A stretch of DNA of 64,000 nt, from NCBI GenBank assembly GCA_003599195.1, contig QZIZ01000066.1:1961-65960 (forward strand), read 5' to 3'. The notes beneath the pieces are model-generated. The model ran no database searches and was not told where the DNA came from. It saw only the letters and a program-made list of their open reading frames with translations. The DNA is from Deltaproteobacteria bacterium. Lineage in GTDB: Bacteria > Desulfobacterota > Desulfobaccia > Desulfobaccales > 0-14-0-80-60-11. The stretch's first letter is position 1. Each line of letters opens with the position of its first letter. Of the stretch, positions 26,832 through 38,489 are shown piece after piece. The translations under genes were made by a program, and so were the position numbers.

Positions 26832-28097
26832 CTACAACCCCTCCGGCCCGCAGATGCGTCCGGCGACTGCCGAGGCCGCGGCCACCGCGGGGTTGGCGAG
26901 ATAAACCTGGGACTGGGGATGGCCCATGCGCCCCGTGAAATTGCGGTTGGTGGTGGCCACGGCCACTTCCCCCGGGGCCAGGATACCCATGTGTCCGCCC
27001 AGGCAGGGGCCGCAGGTGGGCGGGCCGATGACCGCGCCCGCGTCCATGAAGAGCGCCAGCAGGCCTTCGTCCATGGCCTGACGGTAAATCAAGGGGGTCG
27101 CGGGAATGACGATGAGGCGCACGCCGCTCGCGACTTTGCGCCCCTTGAGAACCTTGGCGGCCAGGCGCAGGTCCTCCAGGCGGCCGTTGGTGCAGGAGCC
27201 GATGACCGACTGGTCGATGCGCACGTCCTTCACTTCGGAGACGGGCCGCACGTTTTCCGGGGACGGCGGCATGGCCACCTGGGGTTCCATGCAGCTTACG
27301 TCGTAAACATTCTCGATAACATAAACGGCATCTGGGTCGCTGGCATACTTCGTAAACGGCCGCAAAGTCCGGCCCTTAACATACTCCAGGGTGATTTCGT
27401 CCGCCGCGATGATGCCGTTTTTGGCCCCGGCCTCCACCGCCATGTTGGCCATGGAGAAGCGCTCGTCCATGGATAGGCCGCGGATGGCCTCGCCGGTGAA
27501 TTCCATGGCCCGGTAGTTGGCGCCGTCCACGCCGATGTCGCCGATGGTGGCCAATATAAGATCCTTGCCGGTGACCCAGGGGGGCATCTGCCCGATATAG
27601 ACGAAACGCATGGACTCCGGGACTTTCAGCCAGACCTCGCCGGTGATCATGGCCGCGCCCAGGTCCGTGGAGCCCACGCCGGAGGCAAAGGCCCCCAGAG
27701 CGCCGTAGGTGCAGGTGTGGCTGTCTGCGCCGACGATGAGGTCGCCGGGGCCGACGATGCCCTTTTCCGGCAGCAGGGCGTGCTCCACCCCCATGTCGCC
27801 GCCGTCGTAGAAGTGCTTGATGTGCTGCTCCTGGGCGAAGCGGCGCACGAACTGGCATTGGGTGGCGGAAGCGATATCCTTGTTGGGCGCGAAGTGGTCC
27901 AGCACCAGCACCACCCGCTCCTTGTCGAAGACCTCTTTAGCCCCTGCCTCCTGGAAGGCCTTGATGGCCAGGGGCGCGGTAATGTCGTTGGCCAGGGCGA
28001 TGTCCACCTTGGCCAGGATCAGCTCCCCCGGCTCCACCGTATCTTTGCTCGCATGCGCGGCGAGGATTTTTTGGGTAATGGTTTGTGGTTTGCTCAT
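26832..28097 (-). CDS. leuC: 3-isopropylmalate dehydratase large subunit (aconitase-family, ~420-aa type)
   Basis: Aconitase-family Fe-S ligand blocks 'GADSHTCTYGALG', 'GSCTNGRLEDLR' and 'TCGPCLGGHMG'. Confidence 0.9.
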   Translation of the reverse strand: MSKPQTITQKILAAHASKDTVEPGELILAKVDIALANDITAPLAIKAFQEAGAKEVFDKERVVLVLDHFAPNKDIASATQCQFVRRFAQEQHIKHFYDGGDMGVEHALLPEKGIVGPGDLIVGADSHTCTYGALGAFASGVGSTDLGAAMITGEVWLKVPESMRFVYIGQMPPWVTGKDLILATIGDIGVDGANYRAMEFTGEAIRGLSMDERFSMANMAVEAGAKNGIIAADEITLEYVKGRTLRPFTKYASDPDAVYVIENVYDVSCMEPQVAMPPSPENVRPVSEVKDVRIDQSVIGSCTNGRLEDLRLAAKVLKGRKVASGVRLIVIPATPLIYRQAMDEGLLALFMDAGAVIGPPTCGPCLGGHMGILAPGEVAVATTNRNFTGRMGHPQSQVYLANPAVAAASAVAGRICGPEGL

Positions 28098-28128
28098 TTG
28101 TTAATTTCCATTTCTTTGTTTAGGATTT

Positions 28129-28458
28129 TTAGTTTGGTCGATTGACATATGATATTACAATACCAATAATAGTGGCAATTAACGTAGCAAAAGCCACCCA
28201 AAATGTTTTGCTAAGCAAATAATGAGTTCGATTGATTGCGTTCCAGCCACCTTCTGTTATTCGGTAAAGTGGAGCCGAATATTGGAATAAGTTATCCGGA
28301 AGACTGCCGTCTGGATTTAGCTTTCCTCCAGGAATGGCGTTCGTGATCGGCTCAACCCAGCCTCGAATATGGCAAGTTTTCAGCGCAGTGGCAACTTCTT
28401 CATCTTCGGAAGAAACTGCTTTTTCGATTACCCATACATTTCCAGGCTGCAAAATCAA
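28129..28458 (-). CDS. AT-rich small protein with C-terminal TM anchor, unknown function
   Basis: 109-aa ORF in an AT-rich insert between leuA and leuC. C-terminal 'FWVAFATLIATIIGIVISYV'. No SD seen. Confidence 0.4.
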   Translation of the reverse strand: MILQPGNVWVIEKAVSSEDEEVATALKTCHIRGWVEPITNAIPGGKLNPDGSLPDNLFQYSAPLYRITEGGWNAINRTHYLLSKTFWVAFATLIATIIGIVISYVNRPN

Positions 28459-28623
28459 CGCAACACGCTGTTGGGAAGCTTCTTAAGGACACTTCGAATA
28501 AATTTTTCTCTTTTCAAATCCTCGAAGACCATTCCACGTGAATCCGCTGACTATCTTTTTCAAAGGCCAATTATTTTACCATATCCTATTTATTGCCTTC
28601 GCTCTCCGAGTTCACTCACTCGG

Positions 28624-28882
28624 AAGGGCAGTAAATCCGAAAAACGACAAATGTTGGGAAAGACGGCTACTTAAGTCCCCCCTCCCTTGAGGGGAGGGGG
28701 TTAGGGGGAGGGTGGCGACTTTGGGCCACAAGGGTCCAAAGACGCCACCCCCTCCCCGACCCTCCCCCCTCGAAGGGGGAGGGGGAAAGACCGCATTACT
28801 TATGTAACATATTTCTGGAACACAATAGTGCCCAACCTACATTTTCCAAAAAGCTGAAAGCTGACCGCTGATAGCTGACAGC
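28624..28882. repeat. GC-rich nested-palindrome element, copy 1 (core 28624-28786), followed by an AGCTGA word array (28852-28882)
   Basis: The core is near-identical to 44306-44468, e.g. the shared acttaagtcccccctcccttgaggggagggggttagggg and agggtggcgactttgggccac. Confidence 0.8.
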
Positions 28883-28884
28883 TT

Positions 28885-30435
28885 CTACAATTCCTCCGGC
28901 TTCCCCAGCTTCGGCCCCATTTCCTTGGAAAACTTCATCCGGTTCAAGCCGTTGATATACGCCCGGGCGCTGGCGGTGACCACGTCAGGGTCCACGCCCT
29001 GGCCGGTGACGATCTGGCCCTCTTCCTCCAGGCGCACGGACACCTCCCCCATGGCCTCGGTGCCCCCGGTGATGGAACTCACCGCGAACTTGAGGAGCTT
29101 GCACTTGGACTGGGCCAAATGGGTGATGGCCTTGTAGACCGCGTCGATGGGTCCGTCGCCCAGGACCGAGTAGGACCTGACCTCCCCGCCCACCTCCATT
29201 TTTACGGTGGCGTTGGGTTTGACCGCGGTGCCGGTGAGGACCACCAGGTCCACCAGCTTGAAATGCTCCGGCACGGACTTATAGATCACTTCGGTCTCCA
29301 CCAGGCTCACCAGGTCTTCGTCGAACACCGTCTTTTTCCGGTCCGCCAGGTCTTTGAAGCGGTAGAAGACCCGGGTCAGTTCCTCATCCCCCAGGTAGTA
29401 GCCCATGTCCTGGAGCTTCTTTTTAAAGGCGTGGCGGCCGGAGAGCTTTCCCAAAGGCAGCGAGCTCTTTTTAATGCCCACCGCGGTAGGGGTCATGATC
29501 TCGAAGGTGCTGGCCTCCTTGAGCACCGCGTCCTGGTGGATGCCGGACTCGTGGGCAAAGGCGTTGGCCCCCACAATGGCCTTGTTGGGCTGCACCACCA
29601 CGCCGGTGAGTTTGCTCACCAGGCGGCTGGTGGGATAGATGTACTGGGTGACGATGTCCGTTTTATAATCGAACAAATCCTTCCTGGTAGCCAGAGCCAT
29701 GACCACTTCTTCCATGGAGGCGTTGCCCGCCCGCTCGCCGATGCCGTTGATGGTGCACTCCGCCTGGCGGGCGCCGTTAGCGATGGCGGCCAGGGTGTTG
29801 GCCACGGCCAGCCCCAGGTCGTTGTGGCAGTGGATGGAGATAATGGCCTTATGAATATTGGGGATATGCTCCATCAAGTACTTGATCTTGGCCCCGAACT
29901 CCTCGGGAATGCCGTAGCCCACGGTGTCGGGAAAATTACAGGTCTTGGCCCCCGCGTCAATGGCCGCGGTGAAGACTTTCGCCACGTAGTCCGGGTCGCT
30001 CCGGGACGCGTCCATGGCGGAGAATTCTACGTTGGAGGTGTAGCGGGCCGCGTGCTTCACCGCAGCTATGGCCATCTCCAGGACCTCTTCCCGGCTTTTC
30101 TTCATCTGGTACTTCAGGTGAATGTCGGAAGTGGAGATGAAGGTATGAATCCGGGGCTGGGTGGCCTCTTTCACGGCCTCCCAGCAGGCATCAATATCCT
30201 TTTCAAAGGCCCGGGCCAGGCCCGCGACCTGGCAGCCCCTAATCTCCCGGGCCACGGCCTTCACCGCCTCGAAATCGCCCCGGGAGGCGATGGGAAACCC
30301 CGCCTCGATGACGTCCACGTTGAGGAGTTCCAGGTTCCGGGCGATCTGGAGTTTTTCGTCCACGTTGAGGGACGCGCCGGGGGTCTGTTCGCCGTCCCGG
30401 AGGGTGGTGTCGAAGATAATAATCTTTTCAGGCAT
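28885..30435 (-). CDS. leuA: 2-isopropylmalate synthase
   Basis: '[11 protein letters not shown]' and '[12 protein letters not shown]', plus a C-terminal LeuA dimerisation/regulatory domain. GGAGAGGAG SD before the ATG at 30435. Confidence 0.95.
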   Translation of the reverse strand: MPEKIIIFDTTLRDGEQTPGASLNVDEKLQIARNLELLNVDVIEAGFPIASRGDFEAVKAVAREIRGCQVAGLARAFEKDIDACWEAVKEATQPRIHTFISTSDIHLKYQMKKSREEVLEMAIAAVKHAARYTSNVEFSAMDASRSDPDYVAKVFTAAIDAGAKTCNFPDTVGYGIPEEFGAKIKYLMEHIPNIHKAIISIHCHNDLGLAVANTLAAIANGARQAECTINGIGERAGNASMEEVVMALATRKDLFDYKTDIVTQYIYPTSRLVSKLTGVVVQPNKAIVGANAFAHESGIHQDAVLKEASTFEIMTPTAVGIKKSSLPLGKLSGRHAFKKKLQDMGYYLGDEELTRVFYRFKDLADRKKTVFDEDLVSLVETEVIYKSVPEHFKLVDLVVLTGTAVKPNATVKMEVGGEVRSYSVLGDGPIDAVYKAITHLAQSKCKLLKFAVSSITGGTEAMGEVSVRLEEEGQIVTGQGVDPDVVTASARAYINGLNRMKFSKEMGPKLGKPEEL

Positions 30436-30822
30436 ATGCGTCTCCTCTCCCCTGCTGCGCCGCGGGGGAAGCAAAAAGCATTATAACACTGTCCGCCTCA
30501 AAAAGAAGCAGTTAAAACAATATCTTTGCCTAATTGTGTGGGGGAATAGAGTATGCCTGCCTAGGCAGGCAGCAGCAGACCCAGGGCGAGGCCCTGGGAG
30601 GCGGAGACTAAAGAGTGGAAATAGGAGGAAGTGGTCATGGGTTTTGGGGTTATTTTTAAGTCACTAAATTATATATGAACTTTAATCGGAAGCAAAGGGC
30701 AAAATCATTACCTTTAAAATTTCAGGGTTTTTCCCCTTCCCGTCCAGGGACGTATGTGGGCCAGAAACGATATGAATTAGAACAAACAGGATCACAATCT
30801 GTGGCTAAAGACAAACGGTTCT

Positions 30823-31104
30823 TTAATATACCTCCTCATGAGTGCCGACAGTGATAAGGAGGATAGCTTCGGCGTCTCCACGATTGATAAAATCAAAAAC
30901 GACTCGCACATCATAATCAACGCTGCATGCCCAAGAACCAGCCAATTTGCCTCTCAATTTATGAGTGCGCAGTTGAGGGTGGAAAGCATCTTCGGCCAAC
31001 AATTGCAACGTCGCATGAAGGTCCTGAGCGGCCCAGAGTTTCTTCCTCAGCAACCGCTGCGAGGCCCGCAAAAAGCCCGAGGAAGGCAGCAGGACCCGCG
31101 TCAA
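30823..31104 (-). CDS. type II toxin, RelE/ParE family
   Basis: 'THKLRGKLAGSWACSVDYDVRVVF...ILLITVGTHEEVY' is the RelE/StbE-type pattern. 4-nt overlap with the upstream small gene. Confidence 0.8.
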   Translation of the reverse strand: MTRVLLPSSGFLRASQRLLRKKLWAAQDLHATLQLLAEDAFHPQLRTHKLRGKLAGSWACSVDYDVRVVFDFINRGDAEAILLITVGTHEEVY

Positions 31105-31325
31105 AACAATACGTCCTTGATCTCTTTCATCACCTGATCAGGAGTCATGGGCCGGCATTGGCCGGATTGGAATTCCCGCCGTGCCGCCTCAATCTCCCGG
31201 GCAATTTCTTCCCGCCGCTGGTCCACCAGACGACGCTGGAGTACATCTATTAGCGCCTCCTTATCTTCTAAGGAGAGCCGGTCGGCAGCTTCCAGGATAT
31301 CCTGGAACTTTTCCATGTGTTCCAT
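31101..31325 (-). CDS. putative cognate antitoxin
   Basis: 74-aa acidic helical protein immediately upstream of the toxin and overlapping it. The family was not recognised from sequence. Confidence 0.6.
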   Translation of the reverse strand: MEHMEKFQDILEAADRLSLEDKEALIDVLQRRLVDQRREEIAREIEAARREFQSGQCRPMTPDQVMKEIKDVLF

Positions 31326-31358
31326 ATGCCTTACCTGCCATTATGAATTCTCATCATC

Positions 31359-32153
31359 TCACGGCCCCATGGGCCCAGAGGCCGGGGCCTCCTCTTCCGG
31401 TTTCTCCGGCAGTTGGGGCCGGCGGTAGTAGAGGTAGGTGCTTAAAGAGCCGGAAACCGCATAAACGACCATCAGGGGGAAGCCCATCAACTCCGGAGCG
31501 GTGGCCACCGCCACGAAGAGGAGCACCGCAGCCACCAGGGTCTGGAAGGGATGGCGCTTGAAAAGCTCCACCTTTTTGAAGCTGAAGTATTTGATATTGC
31601 TGACCATCAGGAAGGAGAGCAGATATATCATCACCAGGATGTATTTGTGCTTCTCCGGGGCCCATTCGCCGATCTGGTAGTAGAAGGCAATGGCCGTGGC
31701 CACCACCATGGCCGCCGCGGGGATGGGGAAGCCATTGAAATAGCGGGGGTCCATGGACCCGCTCTGGACATTGAACCTGGCCAGCCTTAAGGCCCCGCAG
31801 ACCACGAATAAGAAGGCCGCGACCCAGCCGAACTGCTTGAAGGGTCTGAGCGCCCAGAGGTAGACCAGGAGCGCGGGGGCCACCCCGAAGGCCACCAGGT
31901 CCGCCAGGGAATCGTACTGCACCCCGAAGCTGGAAGTGCTGTGGGTCATGCGGGCGATGCGGCCGTCCAGGCCGTCCAGGATCAGGGCCACGAAGATGGC
32001 CCAGGCCGCGGCCAGATAGCGGCCGTCGATGGCCGCCACAATGGCGTAAAATCCCGCGAACAGGCTGGCGGAGGTGATCAGGTTGGGGAGGAGATATACC
32101 CCCCGGAACCGCCGCCGGTCCCTTTTCTTCCGTCTTCTGCGAAAGGCCACCAT
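31359..32153 (-). CDS. pssA: CDP-diacylglycerol--serine O-phosphatidyltransferase
   Basis: CDP-alcohol phosphatidyltransferase motif 'DGLDGRIARMTHSTSSFGVQYDSLADLVAFGVAP'. Confidence 0.9.
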   Translation of the reverse strand: MVAFRRRRKKRDRRRFRGVYLLPNLITSASLFAGFYAIVAAIDGRYLAAAWAIFVALILDGLDGRIARMTHSTSSFGVQYDSLADLVAFGVAPALLVYLWALRPFKQFGWVAAFLFVVCGALRLARFNVQSGSMDPRYFNGFPIPAAAMVVATAIAFYYQIGEWAPEKHKYILVMIYLLSFLMVSNIKYFSFKKVELFKRHPFQTLVAAVLLFVAVATAPELMGFPLMVVYAVSGSLSTYLYYRRPQLPEKPEEEAPASGPMGP

Positions 32154-32198
32154 GTCTTTTCCGGTACTGCTACAGCAGGGGTAATTGTCCCCTGCCGC

Positions 32199-32867
32199 TT
32201 AAGCGGCGTTCATCCACCAGCGGCCCAGGATGCTGGATCCGGCCTGGACCTTATCCCCCACCTGCACCAAAAACTCGGTATCCGGCGGGAGATACAGGTC
32301 CACCCGGGAGCCGAAGCAGATCATCCCCAGGCGCTCCCCCCGGGCCAGGGTCTGTCCGGGGGTAACGAAAGAAATGATGCGCCGGGCCAGGAGTCCGGCG
32401 ATCTGCACCACCAGCACCCGGCGTCCGTCCCCGGCCTCCAGCAGCGTGGCCTGCTGTTCATTGGCCTGATCCGCACACGGGTGCCAAGCAACTTTGTAGC
32501 AGCCGTCCCGGTGTTGGGAGGCCGCCACCGTCCCCGCCACCGGGGCCCGGTTCACGTGCACGTCAAAGACGTTCATAAAGATGCTCACCCGTTTGGCCGG
32601 CCGTCCCAGGAATCTCTCTTCCTGAACCTCATCCACGGCGATCACCTTGCCGTCTGCGGGCGAAATAATGATGCCCGGCTCCTGGGGGATGGGCCGCTCC
32701 GGGTCCCGGAAGAAGTAGATGAAAAATGAGGCCCCCGCCAGCCCCAGGAGGGCCAGCCAGGTGGAATTCAAGGCCAGCCCCAGGAGAAAGACGCCCACCA
32801 GGGGCCAGATGAAGCGGTGGCCGGGTGCGGCGATTAACCCGCGGCCTTCATTAGTATCTGAGGACAT
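32199..32867 (-). CDS. psd: phosphatidylserine decarboxylase proenzyme (short form)
   Basis: Self-cleavage region 'MICFGSRVDLYLP' (G-S). N-terminal TM helices. Adjacent to pssA. Confidence 0.9.
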   Translation of the reverse strand: MSSDTNEGRGLIAAPGHRFIWPLVGVFLLGLALNSTWLALLGLAGASFFIYFFRDPERPIPQEPGIIISPADGKVIAVDEVQEERFLGRPAKRVSIFMNVFDVHVNRAPVAGTVAASQHRDGCYKVAWHPCADQANEQQATLLEAGDGRRVLVVQIAGLLARRIISFVTPGQTLARGERLGMICFGSRVDLYLPPDTEFLVQVGDKVQAGSSILGRWWMNAA

Positions 32868-32894
32868 GATTTTCGATTGTCAGTTTTGCATTCC

Positions 32895-33010
32895 GGGGGA
32901 AAAAGGGGAAGAGGGGAAAAGGCGAAAAGAGGAAAAAAAGTAGATACGTTAGGGTAAGGCAATTTTCTCCCTTTTTCCCTTTTAATCTTTTGACCTTTTT
33001 CCCCTATTTT
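32895..33010. repeat. purine-word hairpin inside the ilvC-psd spacer
   Basis: gggggaaaaaggggaagaggggaaaaggcgaaaagaggaaaaaaa pairs with ttttctccctttttcccttttaatcttttgacctttttcccc. Confidence 0.5.
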
Positions 33011-34005
33011 TATTTTTTCAGCCAGCCCATCATGGCCCGGAGCTTCTTGCCCACCTCTTCGATGGGGTGGGCCGCTTCCTGGCGCCGCAGGGCGTTGAAC
33101 ACGGGCCGCCGGGCCTGGTTCTCCAGGATCCATTCCCGGGCGAACTCGCCGGACTGCACCTCGTAGAGAATCTGGCGCATCTCCTCCCGGGTCTCTTCGG
33201 TGATGATGCGGTTGCCCCGGGTATAGTCGCCGAACTCCGCGGTGTCGCTCACGGAATAGCGCATGTAGCTGATGCCGCCCTGGTAGAAGAGGTCGACGAT
33301 GAGTTTCAGTTCGTGGAGGCACTCATAATATGCGATCTCCGGGGCGTAGCCCGCCTCCACCAGGGTGTCGAACCCGGCCTTGACCAGCTCGGAGACGCCG
33401 CCGCAGAGCACGCATTGTTCGCCGAAGAGGTCCGTTTCCGTCTCTTCCCGGAAGGTGGTCTCCAGCACCCCGGCCCGGGTGGCGCCGATGCCTTTGGCAT
33501 AAGCCAGTGCAGTTTTCAGGGCCTTACCCGAGGCATCCTGCTCCACGGCCACCAGGCAGGGCACGCCCGCGCCTTTTTCGTATTCACTGCGCACCAGGTG
33601 GCCCGGGCCCTTGGGAGCCACCATGATCACGTCGATCTCCGGGCCGGGCACGATCTGGCCGAAGTGGATATTGAAACCATGGGAGAAGAGCAGGGCTTTG
33701 CCTTTGGTCATGTGGGGCTTCAGGTCATTTTCATAAAGCATGGCCTGAACATGATCCTGGGTCAGGATCTGCACCACCTGGGCCTGGGCCGCGGCTTCGG
33801 CCGCGGCCACCGGCTTAAAGCCATACTTCACCGCCAACTCGTAGTTGGGGGTGCCGGGCATTTCGGACACCACTACGTCCACGCCGGAATCTCTCAAGTT
33901 CAACGCCTGGGCGTGGCCCTGGGAGCCGAAGCCGATGATGGCCACTTTCTTGCCCTTCAGCACCTTTAAATCCGCATCTTTGTCGTTATAGATCTTTATC
34001 GCCAT
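33010..34005 (-). CDS. ilvC: ketol-acid reductoisomerase
   Basis: '[19 protein letters not shown]' Rossmann block and class I KARI length. ATG at 34005 preceded by AAGGAAA. Confidence 0.95.
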   Translation of the reverse strand: MAIKIYNDKDADLKVLKGKKVAIIGFGSQGHAQALNLRDSGVDVVVSEMPGTPNYELAVKYGFKPVAAAEAAAQAQVVQILTQDHVQAMLYENDLKPHMTKGKALLFSHGFNIHFGQIVPGPEIDVIMVAPKGPGHLVRSEYEKGAGVPCLVAVEQDASGKALKTALAYAKGIGATRAGVLETTFREETETDLFGEQCVLCGGVSELVKAGFDTLVEAGYAPEIAYYECLHELKLIVDLFYQGGISYMRYSVSDTAEFGDYTRGNRIITEETREEMRQILYEVQSGEFAREWILENQARRPVFNALRRQEAAHPIEEVGKKLRAMMGWLKK

Positions 34006-34095
34006 GAGATTTCCTTTCGTAGGGTGCATTTAACGCACCAATAAGGGCGTATGATACGCATTTATAAGAGGAATGGTGCGTGAGACGCACCCTAC

Positions 34096-34584
34096 TCAAT
34101 CTTTTTTCGGCCTCTGTATCGCCAAAGTGCCCGTCCGCACTTCGTCCAGGATGCCGTGGTTTTTCAGCAAAGTGAGCACGGCCCCGATCTTTTCGTGGTT
34201 GCCGGTGATCTCCAGGGTATAGGTATGGGGGCTGACGTCCACCACCCGGCAGCGGAAGATGTCGGCGATGCGCAGCACCTCGGCCCGGGACTTGTCTTCC
34301 GCCTTCACGGTCACCAGGGCCATCTCCCGCTCCACGTGCTCCTGTTCGCTCAGGTCCACCACGGTGATGACATTGATGAGCTTATGCAGTTGCTTGATGA
34401 TCTGTTCGGTGATCTGCTCATCCCCGGTGGAGACGATGGTGATGCGGGAGACCGCGGGGTCCATGGTCTCGGCCACGCACAGGCTCTCGATATTGAAGCC
34501 CCGGCCGGAAAAGAGGCCGGTGACCCGTGAGAGGACTCCGGGAATGTTATCCACCCAAACGGAAATCGTGTGTCTCGGTTCCAT
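34096..34584 (-). CDS. ilvN: acetolactate synthase small (regulatory) subunit
   Basis: ACT-domain start 'HTISVWVDNIPGVLSRVTGLFSGRGFNIESL'. Located between ilvB and ilvC. Confidence 0.9.
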   Translation of the reverse strand: MEPRHTISVWVDNIPGVLSRVTGLFSGRGFNIESLCVAETMDPAVSRITIVSTGDEQITEQIIKQLHKLINVITVVDLSEQEHVEREMALVTVKAEDKSRAEVLRIADIFRCRVVDVSPHTYTLEITGNHEKIGAVLTLLKNHGILDEVRTGTLAIQRPKKD

Positions 34585-34593
34585 CTCTCTCTC

Positions 34594-36284
<1,691 letters not shown>

Positions 36285-36288
<4 letters not shown>

Positions 36289-36518
36289 GCGCTTTCCTTT
36301 TGGCGGTATTTGGCCAAGATCGACTCTATTTTATCACGTCCGGCAAGCTTTAGTTTCTGCAGCCGTTTCCGCTCCATGGTTTCGGCCGCGGTGAGGTACG
36401 GCCGGCGGTTGAATTCCTCCAACTGCCTCTCAAATTCCTCGTGTTCGTCCAAATAGCGTTTTAACTCGGGATCCCGTTCCTTCCACTCGGCAATGATCTC
36501 TAAATCTTGTCTTTCCAT
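36285..36518 (-). CDS. DUF465 (YdcH-like) small coiled-coil protein
   Basis: '...[14 protein letters not shown]......[20 protein letters not shown]' pattern. 4-nt overlap with the ilvB start. Confidence 0.7.
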
Positions 36519-36559
36519 GCCTGGCCTCTATCTCTCAAGTTTCTCAAAGTAACAACCGA

Positions 36560-36588
36560 ATCTTAAAGAAAGAATGGGTATTTGTCAA
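36560..36588 (-). promoter_or_regulatory. candidate sigma70-type promoter of the DUF465-ilvBNC operon
   Basis: Minus strand reads TTGACA (36583-36588), 17 nt spacer, TAAGAT (36560-36565), about 40 nt upstream of the ATG at 36518. Confidence 0.4.
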
Positions 36589-36647
36589 CCGGAAGAAACA
36601 CCGGAACCGGCCATTGGGAAAGGTTATTCCGCTGATATCCCCAAATT

Positions 36648-36672
36648 AAAAAAGCCATGCGGTAAGCATGGC
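36648..36672 (-). terminator. intrinsic terminator (minus strand)
   Basis: Minus strand reads gccatgc-ttacc-gcatggc followed by TTTTTT. Confidence 0.6.
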
Positions 36673-37091
36673 CGGATATGAGAAAAACAGCCTGGCGGGA
36701 CTGCACCCCCGCATCCTATTCCCCTTCTAGGCGCAATGCTTCAGGGGGGCCGGTAGCAGACTTTCCGGTCCTCAGGCTGTTCTAGATATCTAGTAATCAT
36801 CATTTTTAGCAAGTCAAGGGGTGGGAGCGCCATGTCGGAGGCAAAATTAAACTGGACTGAAGCAGAGGAAAATTATCCGCCTCCGGCCTGCCGCATCTGT
36901 CCCTGGTATGAATTGCCGGAAAAAGCCGCCGGCTGCCTCAACTTTAAGAAGCTCCTCTGCCGCCTGGAGCCGGCGGTCATTTTAGAACGGTTTTTTTATT
37001 CTCTGACCGGCTAGCCAACAATTAAGGAGAAAGTATTTCTCCAGACGGCAGAGGCCCGAGGGATCACCGGCCCTCTCCTCCTGGCCGGGGC

Positions 37092-38030
37092 TCAGTCATT
37101 CAGGCCCAACTGTATCACGAAGGCCACCGGCACCAGGCAGTCGCCCACCCCGGTATAGGCCACGGTGGAACTGGTCCCGTTCAATTGCACGATGTGGGTA
37201 TGCACATCCCAAAGCTGGGTCAGGGGCAGTCCCGTGCTGCCGTCCCAATCGCTGGCGGCCACCGTGGGGCCGCTGAACTGGGCGCCGTTGAAGGTTCCGG
37301 TTTCGTTGGAAAAGACGTTGTCATGCCCGCCGCCCCGCTGTCCGTCGGCCCCGGTCATGGTGAAGAGGCCGCCCCCGGATAGAGCCGCATGGGTCAGGGT
37401 AAAGGTGCCGCTGGTGGAGAACATGGTGCCGCTAAAGGCATCGTAGATATTCACAATGGCGCCGATGGTCTTTTCGGGATGCCGGTAAGTCACGATCAGA
37501 GTGGCCCCCTCGGTCAACAGCGTGGGGACCGGGGCCAGGGTCCAGGGATTCTCCCCCGAAGTGGTCAACGGGTCAGGCTTTTGCAGAGCGAAGAGATAAT
37601 CCTGATTGGGGTTATTCCGGGGGACGAAAGGAGTCACATCGGCCCGGTAGGTGTGGTTGCCGGTGAGGCCCCAGCACGGGTCCGGGTTGTCCGCCCTTTT
37701 CAGCCCGGCCACCAGATTGCCGTTAAAAGTGGCGGAGGAGGCCGGTCCCTTGACCAGGCCATCCGAGATATTCCAATAAAGGTGAGCCCTGATCACCGTG
37801 GAGCCCGGGGGGACGCCCCGGAGGTGAATCCAGCCGGAAGCCCGATTCCTCAAGGCCACCCCGTTGGCAACGTGTTTGACATCCCTTAAGGTGAAGGCCG
37901 GGGCTACCGTTACGTCAATGACATTGCGGGGGCCGATCCCGGTGCTATATCCCAGTTCGGCCCATGCCGGTGGCACCAGTACCAGGACCGCCAGCGCCAG
38001 ACTTACCGCCAGGGAAATTGTTCTCTTCAT
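37092..38030 (-). CDS. secreted protein, unknown function
   Basis: AAGGAGG SD before the ATG at 38030. Signal peptide 'MKRTISLAVSLALAVLVLVPPAWA'. Beta-rich composition. Confidence 0.7.
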   Translation of the reverse strand: MKRTISLAVSLALAVLVLVPPAWAELGYSTGIGPRNVIDVTVAPAFTLRDVKHVANGVALRNRASGWIHLRGVPPGSTVIRAHLYWNISDGLVKGPASSATFNGNLVAGLKRADNPDPCWGLTGNHTYRADVTPFVPRNNPNQDYLFALQKPDPLTTSGENPWTLAPVPTLLTEGATLIVTYRHPEKTIGAIVNIYDAFSGTMFSTSGTFTLTHAALSGGGLFTMTGADGQRGGGHDNVFSNETGTFNGAQFSGPTVAASDWDGSTGLPLTQLWDVHTHIVQLNGTSSTVAYTGVGDCLVPVAFVIQLGLND

Positions 38031-38383
38031 TTTAGCCTCCTTGCGTGTCAAGGGGGTTTTTTAAGGATGTGGCAAGTCCCTAGCCGCATATTCCTATTCA
38101 TACCCATGACGCCATTCACCTCCCTTGGGGGCCGGGACCGGTGTCACCCAGCTTCCCGATGCATCAATTAAATATACTTAACTTATATAGATAAATATAA
38201 TATGATATACTACCCCCTATGTCAATGGGGAGGAAGGCCGGTTATCAAAAATTCCCGGGCCGGGCCGGCGAGCGCACAATCCTTTCTCCTCCTGGTCTAT
38301 CGCCGTTACCGCTGGGCTAAAATGCCGGAGAGTTCCGGAGATTCACCTGCGAGACCCTGAAAACACAGAGGTTCGCAGAGAGG

Positions 38384-38424
38384 AAAAAATTAGCCCCGGC
38401 TTTTCAAGCCGGGGCTAATTTTTT
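38384..38424. terminator. bidirectional-type terminator hairpin, sequence-related to the one at 26196-26220
   Basis: aaaaaa-ttagccccggcttttcaagccggggctaa-tttttt. On the minus strand it follows the operon ending at 38490. Confidence 0.65.
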
Positions 38425-38489
38425 CTCCGGGAATCTCTAGGTCATTGCGCTCTGATATGGAAATAACCTAGTTATGGCCCGCGGTGACG

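Noticed and set aside
36832-37014. 60-aa plus-strand ORF with four Cys ('CRICPWYE...CLNFKKLLC').
   Set aside because: It has only a weak SD-like GGGTGGGAG and lies within what may be the 3' UTR of the convergent gene ending at the 36648-36672 terminator. Evidence is insufficient to call it a gene.
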